Of a DNA stretch of 64,000 nucleotides, positions 47,696-57,403 are shown piece by piece. The position numbers and the translations under genes are program-made. The DNA is from Halobacteriota archaeon (lineage in GTDB: Archaea > Halobacteriota > Bog-38 > Methanoflorentales > Methanoflorentaceae). Each line of letters starts with the position of its first letter. Positions within the stretch are counted from its first letter, which is position 1. The notes beneath the pieces are model-generated. The model worked only from the letters and a program-made list of their open reading frames with translations. It was not told the DNA's origin and did not search any database. The DNA is taken from NCBI GenBank assembly GCA_050013755.1, contig JBEKER010000006.1, forward strand, positions 872-64,871. The letters are read 5' to 3'.

Positions 47696-49633
47696 ATGAC
47701 AAGCGTTGACGTTGCAGCCCTTTTACCAGAGTTGGACGTGCTTATCGGGGCGAGACTGGAAAAAGCCTATCAGTCCTCGCCTGCAGAGATTCGATTGAAG
47801 CTCGCAACAAAAAATGGAAAATACGATTTGGTGATCGAAGCGGGAAAGCGATTGCACCTGACGAGTAATCCTGCTTTAGCACCCGCCGTGCCCCCGAGTT
47901 TCCCGATGCTGCTGAGAAAGGAGCTTAAAGGCGGAAGGATTGCCACGATTGCGCAATACGATTTCGACCGCATCGTAGAGATACAGTTTGTACGTAGCGA
48001 TGACGAACGCTACCTGATCTGCGAGCTCTTTTCTAAGGGTAACGTGATCCTTACCGACACATCCAAGCGTATTATTTTGCCGCTGCGAGGTGTGAGGTCC
48101 GCCGCGAGGCAGGTCGTACGGGGGCAACACTATGAATATCCGGCAACGCAACTCAACCCTGTCGACATTTCGTACGACGAGTTTGAAACAGCGATCGCGT
48201 CCATCTCGCGCGACGTAGTTAGAACACTCGCTACGCAGTTCAATATGGGGGGCTTGTATGCTGAAGAAGTGTGCTTAAGAGCTCACGTAGCGAAAGACAA
48301 AACGAGCGTCACTTCAGACGAAACTCAGATGCTCTACGCAGCGCTCAGAGCCGTCTTCGATCCAGTGCGCTCAAGTGAGCTGAAGCCTCATATCGTGTGT
48401 GATAACGATTCGGGGCCGATCGACGTCCTTCCGTTTGAGGTGTCGCAGTTTGCGCGATACGAGAAACGCTATTTCGCAAGTTTCAATCAGGCCCTTGACG
48501 TCTACTACGGCCTAGAAGTTGAAAAACCAGAAACCACGCCGGCGACGCAAGCGCGACTTGAGAAGATCATCGACAGGCAGAAGGAGGCAATTCAACAATT
48601 TAAAAGCCAAGAGCGTGAAAATCACTTCAAAGGGGATCTGCTGTTCGAAAAATATCAAGAGGTCGACCGCTTATTAAAAGCGGTGCGACAGGCCCGAAAA
48701 TCGAAAACGTGGGATGACGTAGGTCGCGTTCTCGGTTCTTTGTCGTTCGTCGAGCAGGTCGATCAGCGCACTGGCACGGTGACAATAAACGTTGAAGGTG
48801 TCACAATCGACGTCGCTGTAGACAAGGATGTCCCTCAAAACGCGCAAAAGTACTATGAAAAAGCGAAGGTAATGAAAGCAAAGGCCGAGGGCGCGGAGCG
48901 GGCACTGGCGCGCTCAATAACAACAATAGATCAAGAGAGAGCGTCGGCAGGAAAACAACTAGGGTCCGCTAGACTTCGCCCGAAGAAAAAGAAAACTCGT
49001 TGGTTCGAGCGGTATCGATGGTTTTTTTCGACTGATGGCTTCTTGGTAATTGGCGGAAGAGATGCGGAAACAAACGAAGAATTGGTGAAGAAATACTTGG
49101 AACCGCGAGACTTATTTCTCCACGCCGATGTCCACGGAGCCCCCGCAGTGATCGTGAAATCTCAAGGTAAAGAAATACCAGAACCCACGTTGCGTGAGGC
49201 AGCTCAATTTGCTGTGTCGTACTCGTCTATTTGGAAGCAAGGTCTGGACTCCGGTCGATGTTACTGGGTGTATCCAAGCCAGGTTTCGAAAACCCCGGAA
49301 TCTGGAGAGTACGTGCCCAAAGGGGCTTTTATTATTCGAGGCGAGCGGCATTATATGGAATCCCAAGCGCGGCTTGCAATCGGCATCCACGATGACAAGA
49401 TCGTTGGGGGCCCCGTGTCGGCCATAACCGGTGTGGCGCAACCAGTTGCCGTGCTCGAGCCGGGCAAATACAACCAGAGTGATGTCGCAAAGATGATATC
49501 GCGAGAACTTCTCGCCAGAGCACGTGAAGATGAAAAGAAGGGCCTGCGAACCGTTGTTACGGTGAATCAAATAGCCAAGTTTCTGCCTTCTGGCCACTCT
49601 GAAATACGCGGGCTGGAACGAGAACAACGCTAG
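47696..49633 (+). CDS. NFACT-family ribosome quality control protein (Rqc2/NEMF/FbpA homolog)
   Basis: The NFACT-N region (EIRLKL....KYDLVIEAGKRLHLT..........P.F.M.LRK.L.GGRI) is followed by a coiled-coil middle and NFACT-R/DUF814 (FFSTDGFLVIGGRDAETNEELVKKYLEPRDLFLHADVHGAP). I chose the ATG at 47696; the track N-terminal extension is antisense to the preceding gene. Confidence 0.85.
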   Translation: MTSVDVAALLPELDVLIGARLEKAYQSSPAEIRLKLATKNGKYDLVIEAGKRLHLTSNPALAPAVPPSFPMLLRKELKGGRIATIAQYDFDRIVEIQFVRSDDERYLICELFSKGNVILTDTSKRIILPLRGVRSAARQVVRGQHYEYPATQLNPVDISYDEFETAIASISRDVVRTLATQFNMGGLYAEEVCLRAHVAKDKTSVTSDETQMLYAALRAVFDPVRSSELKPHIVCDNDSGPIDVLPFEVSQFARYEKRYFASFNQALDVYYGLEVEKPETTPATQARLEKIIDRQKEAIQQFKSQERENHFKGDLLFEKYQEVDRLLKAVRQARKSKTWDDVGRVLGSLSFVEQVDQRTGTVTINVEGVTIDVAVDKDVPQNAQKYYEKAKVMKAKAEGAERALARSITTIDQERASAGKQLGSARLRPKKKKTRWFERYRWFFSTDGFLVIGGRDAETNEELVKKYLEPRDLFLHADVHGAPAVIVKSQGKEIPEPTLREAAQFAVSYSSIWKQGLDSGRCYWVYPSQVSKTPESGEYVPKGAFIIRGERHYMESQARLAIGIHDDKIVGGPVSAITGVAQPVAVLEPGKYNQSDVAKMISRELLARAREDEKKGLRTVVTVNQIAKFLPSGHSEIRGLEREQR

Positions 49634-49797
49634 GGTTGTTTCCTGGCGACTCAGCTAAGCTCTAATACGCTATCGAAAAGCAGACAGATAAACATATAAG
49701 ATGAGGACACCAACACGAGATCGCAAGCGGCTATTTATACGATGAAATGCTTGATCGATACGGCTTTTGAGTTACGAGCAGAGCACCTATATCGATG

Positions 49798-49843
49798 AAT
49801 GATGACAGGATTCGCGGGACTGTGTGATCCTGAAAGAGGTATG
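49798..49843 (+). promoter_or_regulatory. Candidate K-turn stem-loop in the L7Ae mRNA leader
   Basis: The C helix is CAGGAU (49806-49811) / AUCCUG (49827-49832), with a 3-nt bulge AAA (49833-49835). Tandem sheared pairs are G49836-A49805 and A49837-G49804. The NC helix includes the SD GAGGU (49836-49840), 8 nt before the ATG at 49849. Confidence 0.5.
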
Positions 49844-49848
49844 TGAGC

Positions 49849-50223
49849 ATGGCGAAACCAATCTTTGTGAAATTTGACGTCCCCGACGAAATCGAAAGCA
49901 AGGCGTTAGAAGCCCTCGAAAGTGCGCGTGATACGGGTAAAATAAAAAAGGGCACCAACGAGGTTACTAAGGCGATCGAACGGGGCATTGTCCAACTCGT
50001 GTTGATTAGCACAGACGTGCAGCCAGAGGAAATAGTAGCGCATATCCCACCACTTTGCGACGAGAAGGGCATATCGTACGTCTATGTAAAAAGACAGACA
50101 GATCTCGGCGCTGCTTCAGGGCTAGACGTCGGATCAGCGGCGGCCGCAATTGTCGATGCTGGAAGGAGCAAAGCTCTCGTCGATGAAGTCGTCGAGCAGC
50201 TCAAAACGATTCGCTCAGGCTAA
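49849..50223 (+). CDS. rpl7ae: Ribosomal protein L7Ae
   Basis: It has [11 protein letters not shown]......LE.....[38 protein letters not shown]. Confidence 0.95.
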   Translation: MAKPIFVKFDVPDEIESKALEALESARDTGKIKKGTNEVTKAIERGIVQLVLISTDVQPEEIVAHIPPLCDEKGISYVYVKRQTDLGAASGLDVGSAAAAIVDAGRSKALVDEVVEQLKTIRSG

Positions 50224-50252
50224 ACGTAGTAGCCAATCTTGGAGGACGTGCG

Positions 50253-50468
50253 GTGGCAGAATACAACGATGCAACGCCTGCAGAAATAATCGAAATAGTA
50301 GGAAACACGGGGATGCACGGAGAGGCGAAACAGGTTAAGTGCCGTGTCCTCGAAGGCTCGAACAAGGGAAGAATAATCACGCGCAATTGTGTGGGCCCCG
50401 TCCAAATCGGCGACATTCTCATGCTTCGCGAGACGGCGCACGAGGCTAAGAAACTCATGACGCGGTGA
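50253..50468 (+). CDS. rps28e: Ribosomal protein S28e
   Basis: It has [47 protein letters not shown]. The GTG start has GGAGG 7 nt upstream. Confidence 0.95.
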   Translation: MAEYNDATPAEIIEIVGNTGMHGEAKQVKCRVLEGSNKGRIITRNCVGPVQIGDILMLRETAHEAKKLMTR

Positions 50469-50472
50469 GATC

Positions 50473-50661
50473 ATGGAAAAGCGGACGTGTTCGTTCTGTG
50501 GGGGCGCCATCGAACTTGGAACAGGGAAGATGTTCGTCAAACGTGACGGAACGGTGTACCATTTTTGCTCATCAAAGTGTGAAAAGAACTTCAGATTGGG
50601 GCGTCTTGCGCGACGCGTCGCCTGGACAGAGCCTGGTCGATTGGCACGTAAAAAAGCGTGA
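50473..50661 (+). CDS. rpl24e: Ribosomal protein L24e
   Basis: It has CSFCGG.IE.GTG.MFV..DG.V..FCSSKCEKNF.LGR. Confidence 0.95.
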   Translation: MEKRTCSFCGGAIELGTGKMFVKRDGTVYHFCSSKCEKNFRLGRLARRVAWTEPGRLARKKA

Positions 50662-50672
50662 AAGGGGTCTAG

Positions 50673-51134
50673 ATGGCGTCTGGGGACCACATTGAACGCA
50701 CTTTCGTGATGATCAAGCCGGACGGGGTTCAAAGAGGGCTTGTGGGCGAGATCGTTGCGCGACTCGAGCAAAAAGGTCTGGAACTTCGAGCGCTAAAACT
50801 CAAGAACTTAGATATCGAGACGGCACGAAAGCACTACGCCGAACATCAGGACAAGCCTTTTTACGACCACTTGGTTTACTACGTCACTTCGGGCCCAATC
50901 ATCGTGATGGCGGTCGAGGGATTCAACGCCGTGCGAGCAGTGCGCCAACTCGTCGGAGCGACGAATCCTATTGAAGCGGTGCCCGGCAGCTTGCGCGGGG
51001 ATTTTTGCCTCGACCCGGTGAGGAACTTAGTTCATGCCGCCGACTCACCAGAGGCTGCTTCACGCGAGTTGTCGTTGCACTTTGGGGCTGAAGATTATGT
51101 GAGCGAAGTGCGGGTCGGGGAGCTCAACGATTAG
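50673..51134 (+). CDS. ndk: Nucleoside diphosphate kinase
   Basis: It has [26 protein letters not shown] and N.VHAADS (active-site His). Confidence 0.95.
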   Translation: MASGDHIERTFVMIKPDGVQRGLVGEIVARLEQKGLELRALKLKNLDIETARKHYAEHQDKPFYDHLVYYVTSGPIIVMAVEGFNAVRAVRQLVGATNPIEAVPGSLRGDFCLDPVRNLVHAADSPEAASRELSLHFGAEDYVSEVRVGELND

Positions 51135-51157
51135 CTCTCCTCGCACATTGCCATAAA

Positions 51158-51394
51158 ATGCCTCGGATCTTTATAGACCAGGAAAAGTGCGATGGCATAG
51201 GAAAATGTGCCCGCGTTTGTCCGAAAGGCGAGCTGATCTACGGAACCGCAATGGTCAACGGCAAGCGAAAATGTATCGTTAAGGATCCGCGTTACTGTCT
51301 CGGGTGCACGACTTGCATTGGCAGTTGTCCCAAGCACGCCATCCGAATCGACTTCTCGGCACCCAGAAGCGCTAATGCTCGCCGCAGATCTTGA
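51158..51394 (+). CDS. 4Fe-4S ferredoxin-type protein
   Basis: It has CDGIGKCARVCP and CLGCTTCIGSCP cluster motifs. The 3' end overlaps the convergent guaAA by 23 nt. Confidence 0.7.
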   Translation: MPRIFIDQEKCDGIGKCARVCPKGELIYGTAMVNGKRKCIVKDPRYCLGCTTCIGSCPKHAIRIDFSAPRSANARRRS

Positions 51395-51935
51395 GAAAGT
51401 TCAGCACAAGGGTATTGCCCGCCTCTGTGTGCGCCACTTCGGGATGCCACTGCACCCCATAGATAGGTTTAGAAGGGTGTTTCATCGCTTCTATCTCGCA
51501 TATCGCTGAACGGGCGAGTTTTATAAAATTATTGGGCAAACGACTGACCTCGTCGGAGTGTGACGCCCACGCAGTTATTGTTGGCCCTATACCTGCCAGT
51601 ATGTCGTCAGGCTCGATGACCTCGACTGTGACGTGAGCATATCCTCCCGACGCGCCTTTGCCGACGGCGCCGCCAAACGTCTCGGCTATCAGCTGATGGC
51701 CCAAGCAAATCCCTAGAATCGGTAGCTCTATCTCTCGTACGTACTGCTTGCAGTTCCCGATGCGGTCCATCGTTGGGCCACCGCTTAAGATTAAGCCATC
51801 GGGACTGCGCTGGAGCACCTCGTCGGCGCTAAGCGTATTCTTCACGAGCTCGCATCGGGTGCCTAGGTCCCGAACAGCGCGATGAATCAAATGGGCAAAC
51901 TGTCCGTAATTATTGATTACTAAAACCGACGTCAA
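51372..51935 (-). CDS. guaAA: GMP synthase, glutamine amidotransferase subunit A
   Basis: It has LVINNYGQF.HLI.R, ILSGGP, GICLGHQL (nucleophile Cys) and VQWHPEV. Confidence 0.9.
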   Translation of the reverse strand: MTSVLVINNYGQFAHLIHRAVRDLGTRCELVKNTLSADEVLQRSPDGLILSGGPTMDRIGNCKQYVREIELPILGICLGHQLIAETFGGAVGKGASGGYAHVTVEVIEPDDILAGIGPTITAWASHSDEVSRLPNNFIKLARSAICEIEAMKHPSKPIYGVQWHPEVAHTEAGNTLVLNFLKICGEH

Positions 51936-51968
51936 AAGTTCACCGAGGGTCGCGCAAAAAAAGAAAGT

Positions 51969-52202
51969 TCAAGCTTTCTTCGCGGTGTACACGCGCCACG
52001 TGGTTCCGTGAGAATAGCTCCATTTCTCAATAACGATATCGTCGGCATTATCGATCAGCATGCTAATATTCGTACCGACTTCGTTGGGACTCAGGCCTAG
52101 TTCTCGCGCTATTGATTTGCTTTTGAAAAAGTGTTTGCCTCGTATAACCCCTTTTTTCAAATAGCTCAGTATCTTTGTTTGGTTGTCGTTAGGACCAGAC
52201 AT
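51969..52202 (-). CDS. Small winged-helix-like protein (hypothetical)
   Basis: In the 77-aa product, TKILSYLKKG......FKSKSIARELGLSPNEVGTNISML looks like an HTH. No family is recognised with certainty. Confidence 0.4.
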   Translation of the reverse strand: MSGPNDNQTKILSYLKKGVIRGKHFFKSKSIARELGLSPNEVGTNISMLIDNADDIVIEKWSYSHGTTWRVYTAKKA

Positions 52203-52304
52203 CTTAATCTCTCATGTACAGTGGCTGCTTTTGCTATATATACGCTCTTACTTGGACGTTTTCGAGCATTCCTGCGCCTGCTGCGACCCCATGAGCCGAC
52301 GGCA

Positions 52305-53276
52305 TTATGCGTAGTTAGACAAAAAGTGCTGTCCTCTCTCTAAGGGAATCGCATCGATCCCGAGGTGGGCGTGAACGAGACGCGCAAACTTCTTTGCAAA
52401 CCCATGGCACGTGTAGACCACTTCAGGGTTGCATCGGTCAACGAAGCGTAAAAGGTCTTGAAAATCTGCGTGATCTGATAGTGCAAAAGCGTAGTCTACA
52501 CCTCTAAAGTAGTTGAAACCGCGGTTAGTCGCCCAACCGGAAACTGCAAGCGTGCGCTTTTTCCCACGGAGCGGTCCGTCCTGCCCTTGGGGGGTTGAGC
52601 GCGCCGACGTGATGAGCACAAACGGTTCTCGCGATTCTGCGACTGAAGCTGCGTCAAATAGTCGATCACGAAAATCGTAACCAAAGCTCTTGAGCGCGTC
52701 ATTAATCTCGTATATACCGCTGTCAACGAAAGGGGCGTGATCGCGAAGTATGTGTGTGAGCTCTTGCGCCTTTCCGAAAGGATAAGCGAGTACGATCACC
52801 GATTCGTCGTTCTCAATGCACGAAGCGACACACTGTCGAATCTGCGTGGCGACTTCCTTCGTTTCGGGAAAGACGTACTCCTCGCTTCCGAATGTGGATT
52901 CGACGATCAAAACGTCGGCATCGACGGGCTGCGCTCCCTGCGAAAAAAACTTTTGTTTGGTGCAGAAGTCGCCGGTGTAGAGGATACTTTGGTCCCCCTC
53001 CAGGAAAAACATGCGCGAGCCGACAACGTGACCTGCGTCAAGTGGCAACACACTTGCGTGGCTCAATATGTCTGCTGTCGCCCGTTTCCTTAGCTTTAGC
53101 AGTTTCTGCGTGACATCAGACATGACCACGCTTTTGCCGTGGCAGCGAGTAGGAAGGTGGTCGGAGTGCCCGTGTGAAACCAAATTGATTTCTTCTGGGG
53201 AGTACGTTCTCGGATCGAGTCTGAATTTTGTTCCGTCTGCAAAAGTGACGGATATTCCGTTTTTCTGATAGATCAT
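52305..53276 (-). CDS. MBL-fold / beta-CASP-like nuclease (putative RNA or DNA end-processing enzyme)
   Basis: It has VSHGHSDH (HxHxDH), TGDF, ESTFG and C-terminal SDHAD...TCHG, typical of short beta-CASP proteins. Confidence 0.6.
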   Translation of the reverse strand: MIYQKNGISVTFADGTKFRLDPRTYSPEEINLVSHGHSDHLPTRCHGKSVVMSDVTQKLLKLRKRATADILSHASVLPLDAGHVVGSRMFFLEGDQSILYTGDFCTKQKFFSQGAQPVDADVLIVESTFGSEEYVFPETKEVATQIRQCVASCIENDESVIVLAYPFGKAQELTHILRDHAPFVDSGIYEINDALKSFGYDFRDRLFDAASVAESREPFVLITSARSTPQGQDGPLRGKKRTLAVSGWATNRGFNYFRGVDYAFALSDHADFQDLLRFVDRCNPEVVYTCHGFAKKFARLVHAHLGIDAIPLERGQHFLSNYA

Positions 53277-53312
53277 AAGGGCCGCTAGCTCGGGCTTCCC
53301 CGCAGAATGCGG

Positions 53313-53597
53313 CTACGGTAAATTACCTTCGCCGCTCAGTCCGTGCTGTATTTCCAAGTTCATTGCGATAAGAATCTCAAAAATCTTTTTTACTGAACCC
53401 GCGTCAATATTTCGTTCAGTAGCCATGTCGACGGCTCTATTCAGCACTCGTTCGTGTTGTTTCTCATCGTCAATCTGGGCGAAGCCATCCGCCCTTTTCG
53501 CGTGTAAGACCTGCGACGCCAGGTCTGTGCGTCGTGCTATCAGTTCAACGATTTCCGTATCGATTACTGCTATTTGACCTCGCACTTTTTCTAACAT
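53313..53597 (-). CDS. Chorismate mutase (AroQ type)
   Basis: The 94-aa helical product has R..I..ID.EIVELIARR..L...V...K...........E..VL. Confidence 0.75.
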   Translation of the reverse strand: MLEKVRGQIAVIDTEIVELIARRTDLASQVLHAKRADGFAQIDDEKQHERVLNRAVDMATERNIDAGSVKKIFEILIAMNLEIQHGLSGEGNLP

Positions 53598-53658
53598 CCG
53601 CCTTGATTTTATATGCCTCGTATTACAAGAAGCTTGGCTCTTCGTCGTTGCTCAATGG

Positions 53659-54507
53659 TCAAATCGTTTCTATCTGCGCTCCTCTATTCGACGTCTCAGT
53701 CTCAATAATAAATCCCTCGAGCGGTTCCCACGCCTGTTTGACGGTCCGCAAAGATGATCGATCCACAAGAGCTATGTATGCTGGTCCCGTTCCCGAAAGG
53801 GTCGCGGCTTGCGCTCCGGCACCTAGCGCGGACAGTATGGGCTCTGGACTGAATCCAAACGCGGCGCAGTATAACACGCCGTTTAACACCATAGCCTTCT
53901 CATATTCGCCATCGAGAGCCAAATGATACGCCGTATCGACCCACGGTGCGAGCAGTCTTGCCCGCGAGACGTCCGCCTTCGCTGAATACGCTTTGCTTCG
54001 CGGGACGTATACTAGTACGGCGGCGCTTATTTCAACGCGCTTTAGAAGCACGTCGTGCTCATTGTCAGTGAATACGAGCCCTCCGAAAAATGAGGCACAC
54101 GCATCGTCGAACGCCCCCGTAACGGTAACCCCAGCCCTTCGTGCTGCGAGGACGCCAAGTTTGACGATGTCGAGCGGTTCCAGTTCAACGTCAAGGGCTT
54201 CGACTAGTGCGAGCACCGCTGCGTTCGCTGCTGCGCTGCTGCTTTTAAGCCCACTTGCGATCGGTATTTCGCTTCTCGTCACAATGTGGACGCCGGATTT
54301 TGGGGCGTATCGTTCGACAACCAACCGCCCACACTCTGCGATGAGCGAGGTATCCGCAGAGGGATTATCGGCAATTTCGCACGTGATGCCGCTGTCGACG
54401 ACCTCAACCTCAGCCTGAGTTTTCAGCCCGATAGCAAAAGCAGATCCTTTGAGCGTTGCGATCGCGTTGATGACGGTGCCGGCCCCGTGCGTTGACGCTC
54501 GTATCAT
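53659..54507 (-). CDS. aroK: Archaeal shikimate kinase (GHMP kinase family)
   Basis: It has HGAGTVINAIAT..GSAFAI and the GHMP motif IPIASGLKSSSAAANA. Confidence 0.85.
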   Translation of the reverse strand: MIRASTHGAGTVINAIATLKGSAFAIGLKTQAEVEVVDSGITCEIADNPSADTSLIAECGRLVVERYAPKSGVHIVTRSEIPIASGLKSSSAAANAAVLALVEALDVELEPLDIVKLGVLAARRAGVTVTGAFDDACASFFGGLVFTDNEHDVLLKRVEISAAVLVYVPRSKAYSAKADVSRARLLAPWVDTAYHLALDGEYEKAMVLNGVLYCAAFGFSPEPILSALGAGAQAATLSGTGPAYIALVDRSSLRTVKQAWEPLEGFIIETETSNRGAQIETI

Positions 54508-54637
54508 ACTATGCTCACTGTTTTACGTGGTATATAGACTTGCGAACGTTAAAACGGCCGCTTTGTTCGCACGTAGCGCATGGCAACACCGGCGTGACGA
54601 ACGTTGCGCTAGATACGGTTGATTCTTTGATGAGAAC

Positions 54638-55105
54638 TTATCTCTCAATTTTGCTCTTGTGTAAGACTCGTATGTCACGCAGTTTTGTGACGGGGTAGTT
54701 GCCCGTGGTGTCTTTCTCGACGCTCTTGACCATATCCCATATAGTCAAAAGTGCAACGCTTACGCCCGTGAGTGCTTCCATCTCGGCTCCTGTCTTACCT
54801 TCCGATTTCACCTCAACGGTCGCAGTTATTGCTGTGTCGAGCACGGAATAATCTACTTTGATACTTGTCAGTGGGATCGAATGACAAAGTGGGATGATAG
54901 AGGGCGTCTGCTTAGTCGCCAACACAGCGGCAACCGTCGCGGTATTCAGTACATTCCCCTTTTCAATCGAGCCCTGCTTTATTGCGTCAACAGTCTCGGA
55001 TTTAAGCTCAATGGTCCCTTCAGCTAGCGCGCGCCTATAAGCGACTGGTTTGTTAGAGATATCCACTTGCTGTGCCTTACCGTTCTGAATATGCGTAAAG
55101 TGCAT
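54638..55105 (-). CDS. moaC: Cyclic pyranopterin monophosphate synthase
   Basis: It has V..AA....K.T...IPLCH.IPLTS..V, GKTG.EMEALTGVSVALLTI.DM.K. Confidence 0.9.
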   Translation of the reverse strand: MHFTHIQNGKAQQVDISNKPVAYRRALAEGTIELKSETVDAIKQGSIEKGNVLNTATVAAVLATKQTPSIIPLCHSIPLTSIKVDYSVLDTAITATVEVKSEGKTGAEMEALTGVSVALLTIWDMVKSVEKDTTGNYPVTKLRDIRVLHKSKIER

Positions 55106-55436
55106 GCGTTACTCACCAACGAGATAAAACTCTCATGTAGCTTAACAGCGTCCAAATAAAAAAGATTGATGATTGTTGATGAGGTAGAAACGCATCTTTT
55201 TCCAACAAGCGAGGCCACGCGCAGGCTCGAGCGCACAGCCACTTGCACTGCTTTCAAAGTTCTCGCTCGGCTAAGAATAGCATAGTCCTTGCTATCCCGG
55301 TTGGCGGTTTGTCGCCGCGACACCGCCGGTAGGTTATTAGCGTCTGCGTTTCGGCAAGAATCTCAGCAGAGCACTTGACGCGGGCTGGGGCAAAGACGGG
55401 GCAAGGTATTTCTCAAGAAACTCGCAACGATGGTTT

Positions 55437-55988
55437 ATGCCCATTATCAAGAGATTAGAAGGAAAACACGTGCTCGTTTTGCTGGCGTCAGAATTCGAGG
55501 ACGCGGAGTTTCGCGATGTTGCAGGACCGCTGATGCTAGAAGGCGCGACTGTCACTGTAGCTAGTACTTCGCGAGACGTCCTCAACGGAAAGCGCGGTGA
55601 AGTGGCTGTTATTCCCGATAGGTTGGTCAGTGACGTCGAAGCTAGAAACTACACGGCGCTTTATATTCCCGGCGGGAGAGCACCGTCTAAAATCCGCGAC
55701 GATCCAGACGTTCAAAAAGTCGTTAGAGAAGCTTATGACGGAGGACTCCGGATCGGCGCCGTTTGTCACGGGCCACAGGTGCTCATATCGGCTGGAATCG
55801 TGAGGAACAAGACTTTGACATCGCACCCGGCAGTGAGGGCAGAGTTGGAGCAAGCGGGAGCAAACTACACCGGCAGGCCAGTCGAGCGTGATGGCAGCAT
55901 CACAACAGCAACCGATCCGCGTGCGATCGCGGAGTTCAACACCGCGTTCATTAGAGAGATTGCGTGCTGTGAGCTTTTTGGTCCTTGA
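55437..55988 (+). CDS. DJ-1/PfpI family protein
   Basis: It has FED.E, LYIPGGRAP and the nucleophile elbow GAVCHGPQVL. The 3' end overlaps the convergent cfbB by 38 nt. Confidence 0.85.
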   Translation: MPIIKRLEGKHVLVLLASEFEDAEFRDVAGPLMLEGATVTVASTSRDVLNGKRGEVAVIPDRLVSDVEARNYTALYIPGGRAPSKIRDDPDVQKVVREAYDGGLRIGAVCHGPQVLISAGIVRNKTLTSHPAVRAELEQAGANYTGRPVERDGSITTATDPRAIAEFNTAFIREIACCELFGP

Positions 55989-57393
55989 ACTCCGCGCACG
56001 AGTGCACAAAGGTTGATGAAAGGCCGGGGTACGATAGCGGGTGAACGTGGGAGTACGAGGCTAGAGTCTTCTCGACTTGTATGCCATCGCATCCGTCTAA
56101 AATGCCCGTTCCTTTTTGCAGCTTAAACGCAAACTCGAGTTTGTCGCTGAGATCTGTGAGTTCTGAGTAGTGAAATTCGTGTCCTCGAAACCTGGTCCCT
56201 TTGCGCCCGATGATGGTGTCGCGAATAGTTGTGCCCGCGACGTAACCGATTACCCGTTTGTGGATCATGTTCGTTTTTGCGGGGATGACGCCGACCATTT
56301 TTGAGGTCCGTCCATTATACTCGAGCGATTCAGTGAGGTACATAAGGCCGCCGCACTCTGCAAAAATCGGCAGGCCCTCTTGAGCGCTTGAAGCGAGGCA
56401 ATCTCGCATTGAGCGATTTCGCTCCAGCTCGTGTGCGAACAGTTCCGGATATCCGCCGCCGAGATAGATGCCATGAACGTTCGGGATCTCTCTATCGCGC
56501 AAAGGACTAAAGAAGACAACATCAACGGCGTTTAAGAAAAACAAATCAAACAAGTCGTGATAATAAAAGTTAAACGTTTCGTCGTACGCCACTCCGATGC
56601 GCACCTTTTCTCTGCTTGTCTGCCCCTCGTTCGACGGTGCAAACACTTTAGGCGTAACGCGCGGCATCGGGGGGGCATTCTTCGCGATTTGAATCACCTT
56701 TTCGACGTCGACGTGGCTGCGGATCATATCTTCGATGTTTTCCAGCTGTTTTCGAAAAGCACGGTCTCGAACAAGCCCTTCGGAGGCGGGCACGAGTCCT
56801 AAGTGGCGCATTGCCAGGTGCATCGAATCGTCACGCGGGATTTGCCCAATCACGTCGACGCTAGTGTAGTGCTCAATAGCCTCTTTTGCTTTGGCTGCGT
56901 GCGTCGCACTTCCTATGTTGTTGAGTATAACTCCTTTGATGTCAACTCGTCTGTCAAATGACCTGTAGCCCTTTACTAACGCTGCAGTACTTCTTGTGAT
57001 GCTCCGCGCGTCAATGACCAAGATGACAGGTGAATGCAGAATCTTGGCGACTTGTGCCGTGCTGCCGATGTCACTTAAGCTTTCGAGACCCTCGTAAAGA
57101 CCCCTAACACCCTCTATGATGCATATATCGGCACCGCGACTAGCGTGCGAAAAAACCTCAACGATAGCTTGCCTGCTCATCAAGTAGCCATCGAGGTTGC
57201 GGGAAAAGCGCCCCGTGACCTCAGAATGGTAACTCGGGTCAATATAGTCTAAGCCCACTTTGAATGGCTGAACGGCTTGTCCCTCTTTGCTGAGAATGGA
57301 CATCAGTCCTACGGCGATCGTCGTTTTTCCCGCTGAACTCCTATCAGCCGTGATGAGCACGCGGGGCACGTCGAGATTGCGTTGCTGCATCAT
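55951..57393 (-). CDS. cfbB: Ni-sirohydrochlorin a,c-diamide synthase (CbiA/CobB family)
   Basis: It has the N-terminal ATPase SSAGKTT, a C-terminal GATase (AECGGLMYL, HEFHYS) and sits in cfbA/E/D context. Confidence 0.8.
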   Translation of the reverse strand: MMQQRNLDVPRVLITADRSSAGKTTIAVGLMSILSKEGQAVQPFKVGLDYIDPSYHSEVTGRFSRNLDGYLMSRQAIVEVFSHASRGADICIIEGVRGLYEGLESLSDIGSTAQVAKILHSPVILVIDARSITRSTAALVKGYRSFDRRVDIKGVILNNIGSATHAAKAKEAIEHYTSVDVIGQIPRDDSMHLAMRHLGLVPASEGLVRDRAFRKQLENIEDMIRSHVDVEKVIQIAKNAPPMPRVTPKVFAPSNEGQTSREKVRIGVAYDETFNFYYHDLFDLFFLNAVDVVFFSPLRDREIPNVHGIYLGGGYPELFAHELERNRSMRDCLASSAQEGLPIFAECGGLMYLTESLEYNGRTSKMVGVIPAKTNMIHKRVIGYVAGTTIRDTIIGRKGTRFRGHEFHYSELTDLSDKLEFAFKLQKGTGILDGCDGIQVEKTLASYSHVHPLSYPGLSSTFVHSCAEFKDQKAHSTQSL

Positions 57394-57403
57394 CTATGAG
57401 TAT

